Source: Vicugna vicugna
Lineage: Eukaryota
Length of the DNA stretch: 64,000 nt
NCBI GenBank assembly: GCA_013265495.1
Contig: MU058037.1
Span: forward strand, 1,179,498 to 1,243,497
Direction of reading: 5' to 3'
The position numbers were made by a program, and so were the translations under genes. Positions 41,801 through 55,100 of this stretch are shown here, piece by piece. The notes below the pieces were generated by a model. It ran no database searches and had not been told where the DNA came from. It saw nothing but the letters and a program-made list of their open reading frames with translations. Every line of letters starts with the position of its first letter. Position 1 is the stretch's first letter.

Positions 41801-43296
41801 ATGAACGGACGTGTCTGTGTGCCAAGAAAACTGCAAAAACAAGCAGCAGGTGAGATGTGGCCCATGCTTCACAAATACCTGCTTTTAAACAGTCAGTTCT
41901 AGAATGTGTTTCAAATTTCAAAACATCAGGGGTTTAAAAAAAAATCCATTCACAGACAGTTGCCTCTTCTCAAAGCTTCCCAACACTGTCACCAAGTGTG
42001 AGGTCTACAATAATCTGCCACGTGTTGGGGGGGCTTACGTGCAGGGGGAGGAGGAAGAAAACAGGCTGGGCTAGACACTAAATCAAGGTGTCTCTCAGAG
42101 TTACCAAGTTGCTTTCGGGATTATCTTAGATCTCATCAGCTGTCGAGGGTCTGCTTAAAAATGCCTCCTCAAGAGAATAAGGTTAGGCTCTCTCTAGCAG
42201 TTCTTGACTTTTAAATATACCAGTGCTTTAAAAAAAAAAAAAAGGTGGGGGGGATGTAGGAGTCTCCTGAAAATGCTTAAGAATTACAGGGACCAGAGGG
42301 CAATACTAAGTAAATGCTTCTCTTCTGCTTAGGGATCAAGGGATCTTTGTACCCAGTAAAGAGAATGAATCATCAATTAGCTGCTTTTGCTTCAGGACTT
42401 CAGTAGGAGATATACTAACTTCAGTAGGAGAAACACTAACTTCAACCTTTCTTTTAAAGTTAAGAATCCTGTAGAAAATGACGAAAACACAATCCGCTTC
42501 CATCTGGTGGCAGCAGCTCATACTACAGCCAAAGCAGTTTACGAAATTTTTGTTGATGGCTTTTCCATTAAGAATCTCCTAGAGGATGAGTAGGGAGGGG
42601 GAAAAAAAAACACACAATCTCTGTCTCCATCTGGTGGCAGCAGCTCATACTACAGCCCAAGCCCAAAGCTGATAAATGGGGGCAGCTGCGTTAACAGGAC
42701 ACAACTGAACCCATTAATTCCCGAAAGATAACGTGTCATTGATTTACAAACTCAGTGCTTGAGAGAATATAATCCAATTATACTGTTCTATCCTTAACAA
42801 ACCTAAATTTCAACAATACGCATTCAAATTTCAAAATATAAAATCTCTTTTTTCCCCCGGTACAATAGGGCTTTATTTATCCACTTCTATACTACATCTT
42901 CAACTACCTTCTTTCATATTGAGAATGCTGGGCATGATGGAATTAAAATATTGCATAACTGCTCAATTGCTGTATGCCACATGACAAATACAACCACCTC
43001 TGAATAACAATACTAATTCTATCACCTCCAATATGATTACTGAAAATGCATAAAGATGTTTGCATATGCTTGTCCCATTCTCTCCCGCCCACCGTTATTT
43101 GTAGTAGTTGTGCCACCTCTACATTGTCAGAGCACATAGCCGTCATATACTGTACCTCCTTCCTTTTAACCTTCATCTCCAAGTTAACTAGAGTTAGTGC
43201 TACCACTTAGTCTTCATGTCAGTGTCTCTCTAGGTATTTTGGTTGTCTGAAACACAAAATACAAAATTATCTTTGAGTTTGAGGAAAAAACAGTTA

Positions 43297-43395
<99 letters not shown>

Positions 43396-44191
43396 TTAAA
43401 AAAAAAAATTGTTTTATAAACGTAGGTTTTTCATGCCTCAGAAACATCTAAAGTCCAACATTCACATGAATACTCAACAATACAAAAAAATAGTCATGCG
43501 CTTAAGATCTAATATTCGAGAGCTTATTTGTGGATGGTAAGGTACCGTCATATATTCTGTGTTCTGCACACACGTGCACATACATGCATGTACAGGCAAA
43601 GTCAAAAGCAAACGTGCGTGTACGTGGCACTGTTCTCACAATACCCAGCAAGATTTGACACAAAGGCAGTGGTTGAAATCTGAAAGACAACAGCTTTAAG
43701 TAAGGGGGAAAGCAGCAGCATCCTGAGAGAGAAACCCCAAGGGTCAGCAAGGGTCACGAGGTGTGGACCCAAGTCTGGCAACTCAGCAGGCAGACCAGGT
43801 AATAAAAAAACATTAACATGGAAATCCTAAGCATGCAGTGATTTTGAGTGTATAGCTTGAGAAGGGAAATTGTGTCTGGTGTTGCTTAGAAAGGTCACCA
43901 GATTGTCCCAGTATAAGGTAAAAAAATCAGATTATGTAAATCAATGATCAAACAAGCTAATGCCTCAGTGGTATGATTATGAATCATTTTATTTCATGTT
44001 TGCTTTAAATGACTGAGTTAATGTTGTTCATTTAGTGGCAGAACAGGATTTGACCAAAGCCACATCCAGTCATCTTTCCACACTGGGCCTCAGTTTAACT
44101 ACCTTTAATAAATGAAGGAACTTCACTAGATAATCTCTTAAGATCCTTTCCTTCTCATATGGTGCCAAGAAAAACATTTCCATCAACATTA

Positions 44192-44503
<312 letters not shown>

Positions 44504-45935
44504 TCAGGGCTCAGCGCTGGCTTTAAGTGCTTCTCATTTACCCTGAACTCATTTCAGGTTCTTGATCATCCCCATTTTACAAATGGAGAAGAAACACACG
44601 AGAAAGGTCACCAAGTTTGCTCAAAGGCACCCAATCAGAAATGGAGCCAAGAAGTAAACCTAGATCTGAACACCAAGTTCATAGTCATCTATGCTGCCTC
44701 TTCTACTGTACGTACATTGTTCTACTTTTAGTTGTCCTTTTATACTAAGCGCTGAGTGATTTTGTTGTCTATGGATTTATTTTTGCATCTTACCTTGAAC
44801 TATTAAAAAAAAAACCTATGGTTTTTTTATTTCCTCTAACACTCCAAGTACAGCAGGTACTAAAGCCGTGTAATAAATGGTGGCTGCCATAGTCCCCCGT
44901 CAGAGCGCAGGTAAGCAGTCAGAAGCGGGAATTGTCATAGGACATCAGTTTGGGGTTTGCTGTGTCTTTGAAGTACTGAAGCTATATGCTGGAGACCCAC
45001 CCAACTGTAGGCAACTTCTTCACCTGGACAGGAGTTGTTCTCCTAGTCTTTTGATTTTTCTGGCTACAAACTACATGTTTCAATCAAGTTTGATCCAATC
45101 CCCTAAAATAGTCCATTCTAGATTTTTTCGTAGAAATTTTCTTACAAATGTCCTCAAAAATCACAAATTTTTTAAAGAAACATAATCTTAGCATCCTATT
45201 GTTTTATAACTTGCTTCATTCAATTTCATCAAGTGCAACCATGCATAGAAGGCAGCAACACCCCAGCTGCCTTCAATCTATGTATCAGACCTATTTAATA
45301 TGCTGTTTTTTCCTGTGCTCACATAGACTCTTGTGAACACTCACCTGCACATAAGCACAAATGCTTGTACTCTTTTGTAAGAACGAGGATCACACACATC
45401 ATTGTAAACTCGGAAATTTTCACCCAACACCATTCCAGGTAATGATTTTTTTTAAGGGTATCATTCCACTAAAAATGTACCCTTCAAGCCTTGGTTCCTA
45501 AACACAGTCAAAACAAAACTCCTTGTATAGATGGCTGCTGCCTGGATGCTCAAACACTGAGTGGCCAAGACAAAGGCATGTGTACTTTCATTTTTAATTG
45601 AAGGCTATTTTTGCTCCAACCAGCAATGCAGGCAAGCACCTGTGTCTTTGCATCCATCCCAGTACTGGAGGTTGTCCCTTTTCTCATATTTTGTCAAGTT
45701 CCTTACAAAAATTTTCACAAGAACTTCATGGGCCACCAACGGGAGTGAGCATTTTGTCCTAAGTTTGCAGGCTATTTGACTTTTATCTTCTGAGAACTAA
45801 CAGTGAGATCAAGTCCCCCTAGAGCCGAATCCCTCTGTCGAGTTTATGATTGACCTCTCTATCGAAAATTTTATTCCATTTCTGTCCCTCATCTCTTCCC
45901 ATCAAGATTCATAAATATCAAAGAAAAGGAGTAAG

Positions 45936-46351
45936 TGAAACTGAGCAGGGCTCTATAGGTCCCTCCCGCGTACAAAAGCCCTTCTGTGTCCCTATACGTA
46001 ACAACCTGCTATGTAACCCTGAGCTCTTCCACGGGAATGAAGGCCTTCAGGGGGAGGCCGGTAACTTCTGGCTGAGCACAAGCACAAGGACCCGGGACCC
46101 ACTGGAACCAGAAGGCTGATGACTGAGATTTCAGAAACACCACCAACCAGAGGAAGGTCACACACCCTACAGGCCTTCCCCCAAATTCTGCCTATAATAA
46201 ACGCTTCCCCAAAACCATCAGGGAGTTCAGGTTTTCAGAACATGAGCTGCCTGTTCTCCTCGCTTGGCCCCGAAATAAACCTTTCTCTGCTCCAAACTCC
46301 GATGTTTTGGTTTGTCCTCACTGGGCACACAAACTTGGCTTCACCACCACC
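45936..46351 (+). mobile_element. ERV-like solo LTR in SMS intron 7, within an old L1
   Basis: TG...CA-bounded ~415-bp GC-richer island with a TATA-like CCTATAATAAA (~46191) and AATAAA (~46274) in U3-R-U5 order. Confidence 0.6.
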
Positions 46352-48479
46352 AGTTCCTATTCTTTACACCTTTAACTTCTTAAACATTTTAAGTACTAAG
46401 GGGCTCTTTGCATTAATAAAGGGATTAACTCCCTGTCATGTTTGTTGCCAGTATTCTTCTCAGTCTGTCTTTTGGCTGTTTATGGTATTAACTTGGCATC
46501 AGTTTCTGGATTTCTTGGCTTTCTTTAAAAAGTTTCCCGATTCCAAGGTTAAATACTCTAAATTTTCCTAAATGTATCAGTGTTTGTATCTAGAGCTTAA
46601 GCCATCTGAAATTAGTTTTCCTCTGCCTTCTACAGTTAAGTTTGTTCTCATGCAGATGGACGGCCCAGTGTGTCGACATCACTTATTAAATCTCCTTTTC
46701 CCAAACTGAAGACACCTTAGGCTGTATATTAGCTTTGCGTGTACAAATACACACTCAGACATTGTCAAGTCTCTGTGCCATCCCTCTTTCTTTTTCATCA
46801 TACTTCTTGTCTACTATGCTTCACAGTAAATAAAAGGGCCAATCTTCCTTCACTATGATTATTCAAAAAAAATTTTTTTGGCTATTCTTAGATATTTATG
46901 GTTATAAATGAACTTCAAAATGATTTGGTCTAATTCTAAAAACCCCCTTGGAATTCTGATTTTCATCCAAGAAATAACATCTCTCTCCATGTACTCACAC
47001 TTTAGTTGCTGTCTTTCAACAAGATCTTAATTCTTATCAGCCTCACAATACCATTCTTGTTAAATTTATTCCTCCATACTCAACAATTGGTCATTATTTT
47101 GAATAGGATTTCCGGCCCACCCTCCATGCTCAATTTCCATTTAAGCTTTTGCATTTAGAATAAGGAAAAAAGTTTGTCTGCCTTTATCCAATCACACCAC
47201 CAAATTCTGATGAATTCATCTTGTTTTCTAGGTGAGTTTCCTTTATTTTCTGAGCATTCATATCCTCTGCAAGTAATCTGATTTTTTCTATATTCATACT
47301 ATTTTCCTTCCCTACTGCATTAATGACTCAAAAAAAACATTAAATAAAACAATCCTCCTCTTGTTCCTAATTTTAGTGGAAATGCCTTACATCAAATGGC
47401 AAAATATATAACATTTTTACATTTGATTCTATTATGTTTAGGTAGTTTCCCTTCTGTTACAATTTTATCTTACCAAACAAGTCTTTATTAAGACTGCTAA
47501 ATATTCCCAAGTGCTTTGTCATCTGTAAATACCAATGTTACTATTTATATACCAAATTGTGTTAAGATTCTTATCTTTACATTTATTAACTAAATCTTAT
47601 TTGGACATAATATGTAAGTCTTTATACTGCTAGATTTAACCTACTGCTCTTTTACTTGGAAATCCTGTGCATATATAAAAAATCTTTAGTTTTCTTTCTG
47701 TACTGCCTTAATGATTTTAGTATTAAAATCTATCATTATAAAAGGAATAGGAGTGCTTTGAAACATTTTTTATTTTCTAGAAAAGGTTAACACAGTAATT
47801 AACTATTTTTTCAATGATAAACAGCTGCAAGGACCTGGTTTGTTTTAATAGCAGTATTTTAATGGCTAAGGGGTTTGTCTACTGCTGCCCAACAGAGCAG
47901 GAATACCCACCCTTCGAGAGCTCCAGGAACTCTTCCGCCTCAGAAGAATTTTCCAGGCTCCCCCTGGTGGTGGTTTTGTTCCAGAAAGGTGGGGACGGGG
48001 TGCGGTTTAAAATATTTTGTGTTCTCTAAAATGCCCCTCTGTTTATGTCACTATCTGCCTTTGGTACTCTACCTTCAGATGCAGCCACAAGGTGAGAAGT
48101 TGTTTGCTGGGGCCATTTGTAAATCTTCCCACTTATATCTGTATCTGGCCTCTAATTACAGCAGTCTACAACACAGTACTGCAGCTTTGGGTTTGTGGTC
48201 CTAGTTAGTTTTTTCTTATCCATATAAGGAAGCCACAGAAGGAGCCAGGAAGACATGAATTTGAATCACTCCTCTAAAGTTACCCCACAACCTTGAATCA
48301 ATGTCCTTCAAAACTCTCCGCTTACTGTCTTCCATAAGACTAGAAACATTTGGTACAGGTGTGAGTGAGGTTTAAACGTTTAAACACTTCAGGCAGGGTA
48401 ATTTTTAGCTCACAGTCAAACAAGTCTATCATGCTCTAAAGACCCTCATTTCTCCTTTTGTTCTTTCACGTGTACATTA

Positions 48480-48992
48480 TATTTTGACTTCTGTGTACAC
48501 TACAGCCTTCTCACCACCCAGCACCATACAGTTGATCCTCTTTACCCATTTCACCCTCCCCACCCCCTCATCTCCACCCCACCGCCTTCTCAGAAGCAAT
48601 ACTCTATTCTCTGTACCTATGTATTTTTGTTTGGTTTGGTTTGGTTTGTTCATTTATTTTTTAAAAATCTTTTTATATTCCACGTGAGTGAAATCATACA
48701 TTATTTTTCTTTCTCTGGCTATTTCACTTAGTATAATTCCCTCAAGGTCTATCCTTGTTGTCACAAATGGCAAGATTTCTTTTTTTTTTTTTAAATGGCT
48801 GAATAGAATTCCATTGCATATATATACCACACCATGATCTTTATCCAGTCATGTGTTGATGGACACTCGGGTTGCTTCCATATCTCAGCTATTGTCAATA
48901 GTGCTGCTATGAATGGGGTGGGGGGGTGTATGTATCTTTTCTAGTGCTTCTGTTTTCTTCAGATAAATAACCAGGAGTGGAATTGCTGGATC
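48480..48992 (-). mobile_element. L1 ORF2 end / 3'UTR remnant
   Basis: ATGGCTGAATAG..TTCCATTG, GGTTGCTTCCATATCTCAGCTATTGTCAATAGTGCTGCTATGAA, GGAATTGCTGGATC. Confidence 0.75.
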
Positions 48993-49701
48993 CTCCCTCC
49001 CTTTTTAACCTTTCAAATAGTGAGAGTGAAATATGTATCTTTCTTTCCCTTTTCCCCATAAAACCATCTCAACTGCATTTTAACGTAGACATAATTCCTC
49101 TCTCGGCTTAAAAAATTAATGTGATATGAAAAAATTACTATGAAATGAAATTTGGAGGCACACACAGAAGATGCCATAGGGTAAGTTAGTTATTTATATA
49201 TCAAATTAAAGCACTCATCGAGATTGTTTATAAAACTGTAGATACAAATTTAAGATTTCGGTCAAATAAAATATGTATTTGCTTAGCTATCTTGCTCTAC
49301 CAAGCACTGTAGGTATGAGCACTGAACATATGCATCCTGCAAGTGCAATATAAGAGCTATCCTACAAACTGTAATGATTGGATAACTTGGAAGCACAGCA
49401 GAATTTAGGACAGAAACTAACTTGCTGTGCAAGAAGCAGTGATTTCAACATCAAACATTTTAATCATCTACGCCTTCCAATTAAATCTCTGAATTCTCTC
49501 TGAAAGACTCACAGAGAGCATCAGGCTAGAGGGACAAGGGTGGTGGAATGCCAGGTCATAAAAAGGTACATGACATCTTTTATACAAGAATGAATTAATG
49601 TTATTAAATTCAGAGAATCTGGAGTTGGTAATTTCCTTTTTTAATGATAGGTACACACCTTCCCTGAATACAAATGTATAGAGAACTCAGAGAAGAGAGA
49701 A

Positions 49702-50222
49702 TGAAGGATGATGGCAGAACAGGCCACCTCAAAATACGAAGCTTTAGCATATTGACTATTTTGAGCTGTAAGCACTTGGAAAAAAGCAAATGTAGCCAGA
49801 GACTTTCTCTGAACTCTTTATCTGAAGACAGAGCCTCCAAAAGCAACTCAATTGTCATAGATCCCCTTCCTGAGAGATTCATCCAGGGTAGCTGGCCTCT
49901 TATCACAGAAGAGGAGACCGACACCACACCCAGACAAACTTTGTCACAAACTATCACACCTCCTTATCTACACTTCTAAGGGCACTGTTCATTTTTCCTA
50001 AGTCATATACTCCCCCCTAAGACACCTACGCCCCCTTTTCCCTATTAAGATGACATTTAAGCTAAATTCAAAAGCTACTTCTAAGTTATTTTTCTCTGCC
50101 TATTTTCCATATATACATGAGTTAAACATGTTAATAAACTTGTTTTTCCTCTTGTTAATCTTTATTACAGGGGTTCTCAGGCAAGAACCAGAAGAGTAGA
50201 GGGAAATTTTTCCTCCCCTACA
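49702..50222 (+). mobile_element. ERV1 solo LTR (MER34-like) in SMS intron 7
   Basis: Starts TGA..GCCACCTCAAAATA, has AATAAACTTG, ends TTCCTCCCCTACA. Confidence 0.65.
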
Positions 50223-50349
50223 AGATGATCTATCACCTTGATGATTTACGTTCTTGGCCAATCATACTTAGAGCAGTTTTAAGAAAGCACAGTTCTGATC
50301 AATAATCTTATCAGTTCACTTAATAAAATCATTATTTGGTGAACATTAC

Positions 50350-50439
50350 CTGATAGCAGTCTCCTTTAAGATTGTCTAAGACATCGCCACACGTTTTTCG
50401 CATGTATTTCTTACATCCGTCAATCACCATTTGGTCAAT
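50350..50439 (-). CDS. SMS: Spermine synthase coding exon 7
   Basis: 90 nt encoding [30 protein letters not shown] after the AC acceptor; GTAATG donor. Confidence 0.97.
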
Positions 50440-50877
50440 GTTCAAAAGAGGTTAAGGAGAAATTTCCCCTGTAATTGGATTTATGAAAGAATTCTGAAAT
50501 ATAACACCTCAAAAAAAAAAGGTTAAGATGAACACAACACTAATGTGGGTATCACAAGTTTAAAAAAAAAAGATGAATGAGATGATTTAATTTGTGCATC
50601 AAGAACACTCAAAAGGAATTGAATATTCTTCTAATGAAGAAGCCATTTCAGCAAGTGCTGAGAGGCAGGCATGGTACAAAGGTTACTTTTTAATTCTCAA
50701 CTCTGTTTCTTAGTTGGTGGCCACATAAAAAGGCTATTGATACTAAGTTGAAATGTTTGTTCAAGGTAGTCTTAGTAACACATTTGCCTCATAACATTAA
50801 CTGGAGTCTTAAGACAAAAAAAAAAGAGGAAGAAAATGAAGCCCACTTAACTGGATCTCTTATATAACAAAGGATAT
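50440..50877 (-). other. SMS: U12-type (minor spliceosome) AT-AC intron, SMS intron 6, 438 nt
   Basis: 5'ss ATATCCTTTG, branch site TCCTTAAC at 50458-50451, 3' end GAAC; the junction restores the VE|IDQ frame. Confidence 0.95.
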
Positions 50878-51032
50878 CTCTACCATAGTGACCATCTTTG
50901 GTTTCAGTTTGACTATTTCACATAATATGCCCCCATCTCCACCTCCCAGAATGAGTACATCTTTGCCGGTGTAATCTTCCTTGCCACTGCCCATGATGGC
51001 CCGGGTATACGCCAAGTCACTTTCTGCCAAAT
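50878..51032 (-). CDS. SMS: Spermine synthase coding exon 6 (dcAdoMet-binding glycine-rich motif)
   Basis: ccctag acceptor, 155 nt encoding (N)[51 protein letters not shown], followed by an ATATCCTTTG U12 donor. Confidence 0.98.
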
Positions 51033-51526
51033 CTAGGGAGGAGAAACAGATCCAAAATGGTGACTCTACCCAAACGTACACACCACCCTACTTATCATAC
51101 TACAAAGTGCTGGAATCTAGCCTAAAATGCAAAATTTTTCATTTTCAATGTTTAAAAACTATCAACAATGTACAGAGGTATTTTTAATTTTTTGGATTGT
51201 GGACCTTTCATTAACCCTGCTCATCTAACACCCAATATGTTACATAGATTATACACATACATAGTTTAGTCAGTGGGAAGAAAATTCAGTCTCAAGATTC
51301 TTCTGATATGATAAATAATTAAAAGCAATTATGTGTTTCTAGATGAAATAAGATGTCAGAGCTGCTTTAAAATAATGAGAGGGAGAGAAAGTGGACTAGA
51401 GTTTAGGAGAAACAAGACTGGCCAGGAGTTGATGATTGTTGACACTCAATGGTGAGTATATGTGGGTTCATGATACTATTTGGTCTACTTAGGTTTGAAA
51501 TTGTCCATAACATAGACTTCTTAAAA

Positions 51527-51666
51527 GGAGGGCGAGGGTACAGCTCAAGAGGCAGAGCACATGCTTAGCATGCGCAAGGTCCTGGGTTCAATCCCCAGTA
51601 CCTCCTCTGAAAACAAAGAAATAAATAAACCTCATTACCTACCCCCTCAAAAAAACAACAACAAAA
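51527..51666 (+). mobile_element. Vic-1-like SINE in SMS intron 5
   Basis: GAGGGTACAGCTCAAGAGGCAGAGCACATGCTTAGCATGCGCAAGGTCCTGGGTTCAATCCCCAGTACCTC followed by the AAATAAACCTCATTACCT tail. Confidence 0.88.
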
Positions 51667-51810
51667 GAAGTAATTACATTCCTTTGAAATACTCATCACC
51701 AAGAAACTAAGAGAAAAAAAGAGATTATCAAGACAAAGTTTCCACAGCTCTGCTATAAAACATGAAAGCCCAGACAATGAAAGCCCAGGTTAATCCGATG
51801 CAAATGTTCA

Positions 51811-52149
<339 letters not shown>

Positions 52150-55100
52150 TTACAACAAATGCTACTCTTACGGTGAGGCTGCCTTAAAAGAGGACCTGGG
52201 AGCCAGAGTACGCAGGAGCCACATGACCCCAGGCAGACTTCTAAAGAGTACACAAGAAATCTAAAGCTTGGGGTTTTTAGGTTATACAAACATGGCCACT
52301 GCCAAACTTCAACACTGTTGTACAGTAAGAGTTTACTTTTTAAAAAGCCTTTCTGACAAGCTGTAAATTTTCCCTAATAAAAAGTTAAAGGAGAAAATGA
52401 CCATGGCAGACATCACACTTCACTCCCAAACACTGCAGCAAGGATCTCTTAAGATTGTGTACACTGCCACTCCAACATCCATGCAAGTGCACACAGATGG
52501 AATACCGTCACCTAGCACAGAATCCATGTTCAAGTGTCCCCAACTGCCCCAATAATCCCTTTCATAGCTCTTCTACTTTTGAAGAATCGTATACTGTATT
52601 TTCCCTTTTTCTTTCTTTTTTTTTAACCCTCACTTAATCTAGAACAGTCTGACACTCTCCCCCTGCCATGTCTTGCATAACATTCACATCTCAGGAAAGT
52701 CCAGACCAGGTGCTCTGCAGACAATCCCTCAAGTAGGTTTGCCTGAGGATCTCTTTATTAGTGTCAGGTTGGCACATATTATAACAAGCATCACATCAGG
52801 GGCATGAGATGTTTGCCTGTCCTATTGGTGGTGATGCTAAGAGTGATCATGCAGTTACAGGCGATGCCAACCAGATCCCTCCATTTGCAAAGGTACCTTT
52901 TTTTCCTTTGAAATTACTAAGTAGGCAGTCCTCTGAAACTGGGTGAAGGTCCTGATCTCCCAATAAACCTTCACCAGTAGCTCTGGCATCTAGAAGATTC
53001 TTGCCTGAACCAATAATTTACTAGAGTGGCTGCCAACCGATGATTTCTAATTCCATTCTTTTGTAAATACTCAGTACTTTAGATAGGGTGAATGTACTAG
53101 AAACTACCAGCAGAGGACACTACATGACGGGAAAACCAGACCTGGAAAAGGGGCTTGGCAACTCTAACAGGAACTAACAATACGAGAACTCAGCACACAC
53201 ACAACACAACCACATGCAAGTCCTGTGTTCTCAAGTACAGTGGGATTCACAGGAAGACAGCCACAGGCACCTAAAACACTGGGATCAGCTACCTCTGACT
53301 TGCTCAGATGAGTCTTTGCTCTCCCCGCTCACCTGTTTCCAAGAGTACAGTCTGAACCTGTCACAGGTGCTTGAGGCCTTCTGTGAGGAAATACTAGTAT
53401 CTGTAAAAAGCACTGAATTTACAAAGCAAATTCCCATAAATTCTCATTTAATCCAAACAACTTCCGGTTTAACTACTTCATCTTTCAAGCCAACAAATTC
53501 AGCTGTTGGAATGAAGAAGACCAGAGGTTTTTCTTGTAAAACATGGAGCCCCCATCAGATAAACAGGACTTGGGGGAAAGCCTCTTCTACCCCTGGCTGA
53601 TGGGTGGAATGAGGTGGGAGAGTGGGCCACCTGTGACACTGGATGACGGTGACAAATAACAAGTCACAGGCTTTCAAGGGAGGGAACCCACCCCTTGGTT
53701 GACAGACAGCCAGCTACAGGCAATTACTGAATCAAACCCACCGAAAACAAACATTGCCCATTGTCAATTGTGTCAATGGTGCCTTGGCTCAGGTACAGAA
53801 CTCTTTCCTCCAATACAACACAATGGTTTTTCAAAGACATGCAAAGAAGCAACGATCTTTGAGGATGGGGAAGCATCACCTTGATGAAGTACTCATCCTA
53901 CCAGGAAGTGTATCTCCCTGAAATGGGCTTTGGGAGATATTCTGGAGTCCTACACAGCTCTTGTTTCAATCTTCACTGCTGAAAATTGAAACTGGACCAT
54001 AGAGAAGAAGTTAGAATATGCCCTAGGCTTCAGGTACACTGTGTAAATTACAAGAATTTGTCTTTTCAACAAAACAACTGATGCGAGCTCGTTTTCCTGT
54101 TCCTTTTCTTCTGAAAAGTAGAAAGCAAAAAAATTTTTTCTCATAAAAGTCATGGCTTCTAAGTTGAAAATTTAGATGTAATTCATTGATCACAGGGGAG
54201 TAATCATTTTAGCTAGTGTTACTGAGTCATTTAATGATTCAATTTCTAACAAAGTCATTCCCCAGATAGAAAAGTGGCACCATTCTTGTCCTTTTGAGGC
54301 CAAAAACAAAGCGCCTACAACTTTCTGTTCTCTCCACTCTAATTTTATGAAAAGATGTAAAAACAGCAACAAGCAGAAACAAGGCCTATGCTGTGTTTTG
54401 AACTGAAAATCTGCAGTGTACCTCCACTCACTTCGAAAACTCCCAAACCAACACCACCAAGGATCTAGACTTGTCATGAATGCTGAAGACAATAAATGCA
54501 CTCCATCTATTTACTCACTCCTAGAAGTAACCCTGAGAAAAATCAGACCAATAAAGAAAAAAAGAAAATCAGGCATTTTGATGTTGGCCAATTCATTATC
54601 ACCGCCCTGAAGACACAGTGGGAACCCATTCAATTCAAATGAATGCAGATTAGGAAAACTTTGTAAGCAGAAAAAGGGAAATTCCTGAAAGAAGTACGGG
54701 TGTGAATAAGTTCTTCAAGGATGGGGAAGGGCCTGAGGAAACCTAAACTGAACTTGGGTGGGGTCAACAAGTCAGGGTGCTCTGAAAGATTTCAACAAAG
54801 GGGCCAAGTTTCTTGCAGTTTCCAGGCTTTCTATCCAACTTTCCAGTCATCTTACATCTGCCCCAGGGCTTTCCTCCAGGCTGATCTAACTTAGCATGAT
54901 GAGCCATTAAGGACAAACATCCTAGCTCCAGCCACCAAAGATATCTTCTTCTGGAGTGTGCCCTGAATTGGAGAAATCTGTATTCTGGTCATTTCCATCA
55001 GTGATGGCCTGATCTTGGTCAAGACTCCCCGTGTCTCTGCATGTATGTATTTGTCTTTAGGAGCAAGGGATGGGTCTACTTTGGGCGGCCTGACAAGGAT

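Noticed and set aside
42484..42662. CRISPR-like repeat-spacer-repeat
   Set aside because: Only two copies, a 95-bp spacer, a mammalian intron context and no cas genes
42788..42800. U12-like TCCTTAAC on the + strand
   Set aside because: Antisense to SMS, with no partner donor or exon
46119..46571. Longest ORF in the track (150 aa), and similar 100-146 aa ORFs at 2932, 16464, 32025 and 53214
   Set aside because: They overlap LTR/L1 remnants or unremarkable intron, show no recognisable homology, and have lengths expected by chance in 64 kb
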